64,000 nucleotides of DNA from Candidatus Eiseniibacteriota bacterium (GTDB lineage: Bacteria > Eisenbacteria > RBG-16-71-46 > CAIMUX01 > VGJL01). The position numbers and the translations under genes are program-made. The DNA is taken from assembly GCA_041946735.1 (NCBI GenBank), contig JBHGAY010000011.1, positions 74,132 to 138,131 on the forward strand, in the 5' to 3' direction. The notes beneath the pieces were generated by a model. The model ran no database searches, had not been told where the DNA came from, and worked only from the letters and a program-made list of their open reading frames with translations. Position 1 is the first letter of the stretch. Each line of letters starts with the position of its first letter. Below, one piece after another: positions 57,607 through 64,000 of this stretch.

Positions 57607-58893
57607 TCAGCAGGTGGCGTGAAGCACGAAGAGCACGCTCTTCCGCTCGGCTCGAAGACGATTGTACAAACGACACGCCTCGCCACTCGGAAGAATGATC
57701 ACCTGCGTTCCCCTGCACGAGAAACGGTTCCAGACGAACTGGCTCTTCGTGCGCTCGGGGAACCCCAACCCTCCGTTTCCTTCCCCCCGATAGCCGGAGC
57801 CGATCAGCAGGATGTCGGACTGTTTCTTCCAGAGCAGTGCGCGATCGCGGTCCCGGAAGAAGTGCTTCTTGTCGACGAGCCGGAACGATCCGTCGGGGAA
57901 GAACATCACGTCGAAGAATGGAATCGGGATGCCGCGGTAGACGGTCAGCCCATAGCGATGCGAACCGATCGCGTCTCCCCGATGCACCGCGAACGAAGTG
58001 CCGAGCGCCAGCAGAGCGAGAATGGCGCCGCCGGCCAGGATCCTCGCTCCCCATCGCATCCGGCTGCCATGCAGGGCGGCGAAGAAGAGCAGCCAGACAG
58101 ACGCGGTGATCGCGACCACCGTGAAAGCGTAGGGGGGATCGGTCAGGAGGGAGGAGACCATCACGAACAGGATTCCCCACGCGAAGAGAAGCGTCAGAAC
58201 GCTCGCCGGAGAGCGGAAATAGTCTGCGATCCGCTCGTGCCGGATGCTCTTCCAGTCGCGCCGGATCTCGTCCGGCTTGCGGACGGCGAAATAGACCCCG
58301 AGGATCCCAGCCAGAGCGCCCCAGACGTCTTTCGCGATGTCGCCCACGTCGAAGACGCGGGCGCTGAGGAACATTTGAAACGTCTCGTCGAAAACCGAGT
58401 AGAGAAACGCGAAGCCGTAGGTGAGCAGCATCGTGCGAGCGAGCGGCACTCCCCGAGGGTGGAGATCCCGGTACATCAGCACGGCGACGAGCATGTAGGC
58501 GAGATAGTGCCAGTTCTGCTGCAGCTCGAAGAACGCGTGGTCGTAGTAGTAATCCGCGAAGACCTGGGCGAGGGCGATCATCGCCAGCGGGGCGGCGAAG
58601 GCGGCGCCGCGGATCCAGGTGAGATGGCGGCGGAGCGCGATCCCGGCGCCGATCACGAGCGCCGCCGCGAGCAACAGGACCACCGGGATGGAGAAGCCAC
58701 CGATCACGACCATGCGCTTCGACGCGGTCTCGATCACCGGCTGCAGGTAGTTGCGGACGAGGAGGAACGGCGTCGCCACGAGGAGCAGGCTGTAGAGGAT
58801 GTCGTGGAGGCGCGTGGAATAGAGGATCGACGTCGACGTCGAGGCCGAAGCGCTCTCCCGGCGGTCTCGTCTCTTTGCGGCTTCGGCTTGCAT
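57607..58893 (-). CDS. VanZ-like membrane protein fused to C-terminal Mth938-like domain
   Basis: WHYLAY...YSVFDETFQMF...RVFDVGDI (VanZ); C-terminal ILLIGSG...LPSGEACRLYNRL......VLFVLHATC (Mth938/DUF498). Confidence 0.75.
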   Translation of the reverse strand: MQAEAAKRRDRRESASASTSTSILYSTRLHDILYSLLLVATPFLLVRNYLQPVIETASKRMVVIGGFSIPVVLLLAAALVIGAGIALRRHLTWIRGAAFAAPLAMIALAQVFADYYYDHAFFELQQNWHYLAYMLVAVLMYRDLHPRGVPLARTMLLTYGFAFLYSVFDETFQMFLSARVFDVGDIAKDVWGALAGILGVYFAVRKPDEIRRDWKSIRHERIADYFRSPASVLTLLFAWGILFVMVSSLLTDPPYAFTVVAITASVWLLFFAALHGSRMRWGARILAGGAILALLALGTSFAVHRGDAIGSHRYGLTVYRGIPIPFFDVMFFPDGSFRLVDKKHFFRDRDRALLWKKQSDILLIGSGYRGEGNGGLGFPERTKSQFVWNRFSCRGTQVIILPSGEACRLYNRLRAERKSVLFVLHATC

Positions 58894-59096
58894 GCGCCCT
58901 GCGGCCTTCCCCCCGTCCGGCGTCTTTCGCGCGCCAGGTGCGCGCGACGGCCGGCCCTCCCCCTACCATCGTCCCGGCCCTGTCCGATCCGCAGGAATTC
59001 TGCCCGAAGCGAGAAGGAACCGCAACCACGGAGCCACCCAGGGACCGCGGCTCTGCGCCGTCGTAGCGATCCGGCGGGCGGAGGTCGAGGTCGAAG

Positions 59097-60911
59097 CTAG
59101 AACACGGTGCGCAAGAGTCCCCAAAGCCCGAGGCCGAGCGCGGCGAGCGAGTCCCCGGCGATCAGACCGCCGCCGACGAGCGAGGTCGTGCTCATGTCCT
59201 CCGGGAGATCCTCCCGGCCCGGCCTCCTCTTCGCTGCGCGGGCGCCGAGCGCCTGGGCCCCGGAGCTGATCACACTGCCGCCGGCGAACCAGGCAGACAC
59301 TGGGAACTCGACGAATCCTCCGAACGACGCGGCGTAGGGACTGGCGAGGATCGTGCAGTCGAGAGCGAGATCGGTGAGCGCTCCCGACCGTGAGCCGCGC
59401 ACCCAGCCCTGGTAATCCGGCCGGCGCTTGATCATCTTGCGGATCGTCTCGATCAGGACGCCGAGCATCACGCCGAGCGCGAGGGCGATCATCACGTGCG
59501 GGTTCGGGTGAGCGATTCCCTCCAGCGCGCCCACGAACTTGAACGTCATCGCGGACTGCCACTTCTCGATCCCCGGCGTTCCGGGGTTCGCATACTGGTT
59601 GACCGCGAGGATCGGATAGGTCTTCATGAAGAGCCGCGCGAGAGCGACCGCCATCACCGATCCCATCGTCACGCCGATCACCTGGTAGCGGAACTGGATG
59701 GAACGATTCGTCCCCAGGCGCCATCCGGTCGATCGATCCTGCTGCATGTCGCAGCCGACCGAGGTTGAGATCAGGAGGATCGAGGCGCACATCAAGCCCG
59801 TGATCGGGCTCTTCAGGCCGAGCGCGGCGAGCAGGAACACGGTGACGACGAACGCGCTCGAGATCGGGTTGGAATCCGAGATGCCGAGCGAGATCCCGTT
59901 GACCATGAGGAAGACGAAGACGAGTCCGATCGCCACGATCACGAAGCCGGCCGGCAGGTGCAGGACTCCGACGGCGGTCACGAGGACCGCGAGCCCCCAG
60001 AAGGCGACCCAGATCCACAGCATCCGGGTATCCGTCCGCTTCCAGTCCTCGGCCGGAGGTCCCTTCGCCCCCTGTGTCTCGCGATAGGCGCGCACGGCGC
60101 GGAAGGCGAGCAGGGACATGTCCACGATCGCCGCTCCGAGGATCATTCCGAGAGCGGCGATGAAGCCGATCTTGCGGAACGGGTCGTCGGGACCCAGCCA
60201 CCCGTGCGTGCGGAGCCAGGGGGTAAGCAGCAGGCCGATCGCCCCGACGAAGACGGCCGGGATGCCGATCCGGACGCCGACGATCATCCCGGCGCCGACG
60301 GTCGACGCGGAGAAGTAACTGGTCGCGATCTGCGGGATGCGAACCCCGCCGAGCCCACCGACCAGGCCGGCGAGCGTCCCGCCTCCCAGCTTGGCGATCG
60401 ACGTCTTCAGGATCCGGACGTCGGTCAGAGCGCGCAGAATGTTCGCGACCGCGAAGCCCGAGGGAAAAGCGAGCCGCATCTGGTCGACCAGGACCGGCGT
60501 GTAGAGCATCCCGATGCCGACGCCAAACATTCCGATGCAGAGGAAGTAGAGGACGAGCTGCCAGACGGGCGGCTCGGGGAGGCCGAGCCAGACCATCGCC
60601 TGGATCAGGACCGCCATGCCCGAGAGGCTCGCGACCGAGGCGGCCATCGTCTGCATGTAATTCGCGCCGTGCTTCCCCTCGGCGCCATAGCCATAGGTGA
60701 CGACCGACCCCAGGATGCCGGCGAGCACCTGACCGCCCACGAAGAAGCCGAGAGAGAAGTTCATGTAGGCGGCGGTGATCCCGCCCAGCGGGCCGAGGAT
60801 CAGAATCGCGATCGCTCCCAGCAGGATGTAGTAGCGGGAGCTGCCGATCGGGGGGAGGAATCGTTTCGCGGGGACGTCGGCCGGCTTTCGGACGGGTTGT
60901 GAGCTTGGCAT
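59097..60911 (-). CDS. OPT/YSL family oligopeptide transporter
   Basis: NYMQTMAA, LAFPSG.A.A, DMQQDRSTG..LG, GGGLIAGDSL; many TM helices. Confidence 0.9.
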   Translation of the reverse strand: MPSSQPVRKPADVPAKRFLPPIGSSRYYILLGAIAILILGPLGGITAAYMNFSLGFFVGGQVLAGILGSVVTYGYGAEGKHGANYMQTMAASVASLSGMAVLIQAMVWLGLPEPPVWQLVLYFLCIGMFGVGIGMLYTPVLVDQMRLAFPSGFAVANILRALTDVRILKTSIAKLGGGTLAGLVGGLGGVRIPQIATSYFSASTVGAGMIVGVRIGIPAVFVGAIGLLLTPWLRTHGWLGPDDPFRKIGFIAALGMILGAAIVDMSLLAFRAVRAYRETQGAKGPPAEDWKRTDTRMLWIWVAFWGLAVLVTAVGVLHLPAGFVIVAIGLVFVFLMVNGISLGISDSNPISSAFVVTVFLLAALGLKSPITGLMCASILLISTSVGCDMQQDRSTGWRLGTNRSIQFRYQVIGVTMGSVMAVALARLFMKTYPILAVNQYANPGTPGIEKWQSAMTFKFVGALEGIAHPNPHVMIALALGVMLGVLIETIRKMIKRRPDYQGWVRGSRSGALTDLALDCTILASPYAASFGGFVEFPVSAWFAGGSVISSGAQALGARAAKRRPGREDLPEDMSTTSLVGGGLIAGDSLAALGLGLWGLLRTVF

Positions 60912-60918
60912 GCGCGCG

Positions 60919-60927
60919 AGTATAACA
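60919..60927 (-). promoter_or_regulatory. extended -10 element (TGTTATACT) 7 nt before OPT ATG; putative leaderless promoter
   Basis: The minus strand reads GGTGTTATACTCGCGCGCATG, with no SD. Confidence 0.55.
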
Positions 60928-61035
60928 CCGGCCGCGCCGACCGAACAGAGCTCCGGCTCGCGCGGGGCCGGGGAGCAAGGGCTACGAAGCGTGGGCGCCC
61001 GCGAGGAGCTCGGGCCGCCCGCTTGTAGCGGCTGG

Positions 61036-62922
61036 CTAGTAGTAGCGCGCGAGCGTGAGCGTCCTCTCCGTCCCGTCGTCGAGGGTGAAGCGCAGCACCG
61101 TCCCCTCCGGGCGGAGGCCAAAGCGGTCGATCGCCTCGACGTAGCGAGGGCCTACCGGCGCGCCGTCGAGGGCGGCGATCCGATCTCCGATCTTCCATCC
61201 GCCGGCTTCAGCGGGGCTGCCGGGGGAGACGAAAAGCACCTCCAGGACTTCCCCCTTTCGCTCGACGAGAAGGCCGGTGTGATCCCGGTCGAAGGCGGCG
61301 GTCTCGGTCGACGGCCGCGGCTCGAGCCAGAGACAGTCGTGCCCGTAGTCGAAGATCACGCGGAAGCGCTTCAGGATCCCCGCGCCGAGATTGCCCGCGG
61401 AACGCTTCGTCGCGAACGCTCCGCTCTCGACCATCGGGATCCCGGTCGGGACATCGGGAAGGACATAGCCGGCGATCGAGACGGACTTCATGCTCGTGAG
61501 CTTCTCCACGGCGAGACCGCCCACGCCTCCGGCGAGAACCGCGGAGACTCGAGGGCGCTCCTCCAGGAGACGGTTCTCCTCGACGTACGCCTGGAACAGA
61601 TCGAGCGCGGCGCCGCTTCCGGTGTCAAGCCCCACGCGTGCGGCGGGCAGCCCTTCGACCGAGATCTCGATCTCCTTGTGCCCATCGGCTGCCGGGAAGA
61701 CCGGCACCCGGCGGCCCGGTCCGTCGTACCCGAATCCCTCCCCCTCGACGAACCGGATCTGTCGCGCGGGATAGTCGACGTCGACCACCAGCGCATGGAA
61801 CACCTCCTTGCCGAGGATCACGGGGAGGCGCCTCCCGAGCTTCTGCGCGATCGGCGAGAGGTCGAGGACGGCCGCGGAGACCTGATCGAGCTGCAGCGAA
61901 CCGACCCGGATCGTGATGCCGCTCGCGAAGGAGGCGGTCGTCTCGCCGCTCGTTCCCCGCGCCGTGACCTCCCCTTGGGAGACGACGCCGAGCGACTCCG
62001 CGAACGCCTTGTCGAGGCAGGTCATTCCCGCTCCGGAGTCGAGGAGGAGAGGGACAGCGACGCCCTCGCCGGCGCCCGACACTTGGCCGGACACATAGAT
62101 GTAGGAGCCGCGATGGAGCGTCATCGGGAGCCAGTCGGTGGCGGCGAGGCCGCCCTCGAAATGGTGCAGTTTGCGCGCGGCTCCCGGAGCCGCTTCGAAC
62201 ACGCTGTCCGGAACGTCCTCCCGCGAAAGCGAGATCGACTCCACGATCATCGTCTGGTTGGACGTGGGATTGTCGTGCAGATCGAGAGATCGATGCGGCA
62301 CGCGAACTCCGTCCACCACGCGCCAGTCTTCGTAGCGGTGCCAGATCGTCTCCGTGTCGCGCTTCTCGCGAGCCCACAGCTGGCTGCCATCTTCGGGATC
62401 GAGGAAGAGATCCCAGGTGTCGCCGTCGGAGTAGGTGAAGCGCACCACACGCCACGGCTTCCCGTCCTTCTCTTCGGTCCCCAGATCGGAGGTCTCGACG
62501 TCCTGCGCCTGTCCGAGGAGCGGATCGCCGAACGACCGGGACACTTCCCTGCGGGCCAACTTCTCGTCGTCGGTTCCCATCGCTTCCTGTTGACCGCTCG
62601 CGTTGAACAACCAGGCGCCCTGGGGACCGATCCCCTGCGAACCTTTGACAATCCCCAGGTCGAAGTCGGAGCGCATCGATCCGTCTCGCCGCTGGATCGA
62701 TCGAACCGGGCCGGACAGCCCGGATACCTCGAGCCTGCCGGCGATGGTGATCACGCGTACGGCGCGAAGCGCCTCGGCCCCGCCGAGCCATGCGATGTGC
62801 CGTGCGAGGATCGGCTCCCACGCGTCTCCGGCCGCGTGGCTGGGACTCGGATGGACGAAAGCGAAAGCGACGGCGGTGGCCGCGACGGCGGCGGCGAGGG
62901 GAGCGAGCAGCAGCGTCTTCAT
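61036..62922 (-). CDS. secreted twin-domain aspartyl protease (retropepsin-like) with C-terminal PDZ and N-terminal LolA-like region
   Basis: Signal peptide; LLDSGAG...ILG and LDTGSG...GNLG aspartic motifs; PDZ (PGSPAE..G.K.GD.I.A.DG); ATGA overlap with TrmB. Confidence 0.85.
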   Translation of the reverse strand: MKTLLLAPLAAAVAATAVAFAFVHPSPSHAAGDAWEPILARHIAWLGGAEALRAVRVITIAGRLEVSGLSGPVRSIQRRDGSMRSDFDLGIVKGSQGIGPQGAWLFNASGQQEAMGTDDEKLARREVSRSFGDPLLGQAQDVETSDLGTEEKDGKPWRVVRFTYSDGDTWDLFLDPEDGSQLWAREKRDTETIWHRYEDWRVVDGVRVPHRSLDLHDNPTSNQTMIVESISLSREDVPDSVFEAAPGAARKLHHFEGGLAATDWLPMTLHRGSYIYVSGQVSGAGEGVAVPLLLDSGAGMTCLDKAFAESLGVVSQGEVTARGTSGETTASFASGITIRVGSLQLDQVSAAVLDLSPIAQKLGRRLPVILGKEVFHALVVDVDYPARQIRFVEGEGFGYDGPGRRVPVFPAADGHKEIEISVEGLPAARVGLDTGSGAALDLFQAYVEENRLLEERPRVSAVLAGGVGGLAVEKLTSMKSVSIAGYVLPDVPTGIPMVESGAFATKRSAGNLGAGILKRFRVIFDYGHDCLWLEPRPSTETAAFDRDHTGLLVERKGEVLEVLFVSPGSPAEAGGWKIGDRIAALDGAPVGPRYVEAIDRFGLRPEGTVLRFTLDDGTERTLTLARYY

Positions 62923-63992
62923 CGATCTCCTCCAGCGAGAGGCGAATCTGCCTTCGTCGATTTCGTGCGGGACGTGCCCGCCGGCGCGCGCGACGGGCTG
63001 GGATCGAGCGAGGCGGCGGTGCCGGGAGTCGAGGAGCGCCGCCCCGCCGCATAGCGTTTCTGCAGGATCGAGAGACCCGGCGGACACGAAACGAGGAGCA
63101 GAGCCGGGTCCGGAGCGGCCCGCGAAGCTTTGGCACGCATCCGCGTGTGCGCGATCTCGACCGCGACATGGTTGTGATGCATGCAGGAGAGGAAGGCGCT
63201 TCGGCTCCAGACCGCCTGGTGGACGGTATCCATCTCCGCCGAGAGGAGGGCGAGAAGATGCTCCTCGGCGTCGCAGACGATCGATAGCTGCTGCCCGGGC
63301 CACGCATCGAGAACTCGCGCTGGATCCGTAGCGCCCACAAGGTCGAGACGGCCGGGCCGGATCTGCCTGGCCGATTCCTGTTCGGCCGGTCCCTGCTTGG
63401 CGGATTTCCGCTTGGCGGATTCCGGCTTGGCCGATTCCTGCGTGGCCGGTTCCTGCGTGCCGGGAGTTCCTTCGACCCTCTCGTAGACCTTCACGGCGAC
63501 GAGCAGTCCCCGCCCCGCGGCCTCGACAAGCCCCGCGCGGAGCTCCCGGAACGGTTGGGGGAACAGGTCGGCAACGATGGTGCGGCGCGCCCGCTCGACC
63601 ATTGCGCGCGCCCGCTCGAGCACCTGGTCGACCGATCGCAGCGAGTAGATCCTGTCGTCCGCCTCCTGCGGCTCGAGATCGGTCAAAGCTTCTTCGGCTG
63701 CCTGGCGGCGGTCGCGATGCGCGCGCTCGATCTGCGCCAGCAGCTCCTCGATCGGCACCGCCCTCACCAGCCGGTTCCCGCCATCGTCCACCTGGATAGC
63801 GCCGCGCCGCTCCAGCTCGGCGATCGCCTTGTACGTGTTGGCGACCGGCTTGCCGATCGCGTGGCTGACCCGATACCCGGTGGTCGGAGGGTGCGCGAGC
63901 AGGTAGGTGTAGACCTTCGCTTCGATCTCCCGGAAGCCGAGATCGAGGAGGGACTGGATGGCCCGGGCAGCCGCCCTGTTACTAGTAGCCAT
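62919..63992 (-). CDS. TrmB family transcriptional regulator
   Basis: L.DLGF.E.EAKVY..LL..P.TGY.VS..IG.P...TY...L..RG wHTH, plus a C-terminal effector domain. Confidence 0.88.
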   Translation of the reverse strand: MATSNRAAARAIQSLLDLGFREIEAKVYTYLLAHPPTTGYRVSHAIGKPVANTYKAIAELERRGAIQVDDGGNRLVRAVPIEELLAQIERAHRDRRQAAEEALTDLEPQEADDRIYSLRSVDQVLERARAMVERARRTIVADLFPQPFRELRAGLVEAAGRGLLVAVKVYERVEGTPGTQEPATQESAKPESAKRKSAKQGPAEQESARQIRPGRLDLVGATDPARVLDAWPGQQLSIVCDAEEHLLALLSAEMDTVHQAVWSRSAFLSCMHHNHVAVEIAHTRMRAKASRAAPDPALLLVSCPPGLSILQKRYAAGRRSSTPGTAASLDPSPSRAPAGTSRTKSTKADSPLAGGDR

Positions 63993-64000
63993 GGCTACTA
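63983..64000. promoter_or_regulatory. perfect 18-bp palindrome over TrmB start codon, putative operator
   Basis: TAGTAGCCATGGCTACTA is its own reverse complement and may extend beyond the window. Confidence 0.6.

Noticed and set aside
181..63799. Many long antisense or alternate-frame ORFs (e.g. 3221-4798, 23648-25786, 49824-51878, 54491-57118, 60910-63054)
   Set aside because: They are shadow ORFs expected at high GC. They overlap recognisable genes and translate to Arg/Gly/Pro-rich text with no motifs.

Overview
A very GC-rich (roughly 70% by eye), gene-dense bacterial chromosome segment. I saw no rRNA, tRNA, CRISPR array, transposase or integrase. Several secreted proteins share a FlgD-Ig-like C-terminal domain, which suggests an FCB-related candidate lineage such as Ca. 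Eisenbacteria (inference only). Left to right: (1) two PPDK_N/ATP-grasp-only proteins co-oriented downstream of glutamate dehydrogenase, then efp. (2) Secreted beta-propeller, M23 and LVIVD proteins mixed with housekeeping genes (tag, methyltransferase, DUF169, DUF423, cupin, S9 peptidase, extended SDR). (3) A ~30 kb stress/carbohydrate region: PRC-barrel, Pmp3, YihY; a translationally coupled zwf-pgl-tkt-gnd-pfkB operon divergent from pyk; Hsp20, YHS and two SRPBCC genes; then a 15 kb NDP-heptose/glycosyltransferase cluster. The cluster has GmhB, HldE, GT9s, GT4s, GT2s, an SDR, an O-carbamoyltransferase and a twitch radical SAM enzyme. Its only GmhA-like domain is degenerate and fused to a GT4, and its 3' end carries two deleted GT9 genes. 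(4) More secreted proteins, OsmC, PhzF, TPR, a VanZ-Mth938 fusion, an OPT transporter and a TrmB-aspartyl protease pair with a perfect palindrome over the TrmB start. The best candidates for uncharacterised systems are the stress-linked carbamoyl-heptose glycan cluster and the GDH-linked PPDK_N pair. Starts were refined by eye from Shine-Dalgarno motifs and gene overlaps. Family assignments come from motif recognition, not database searches.
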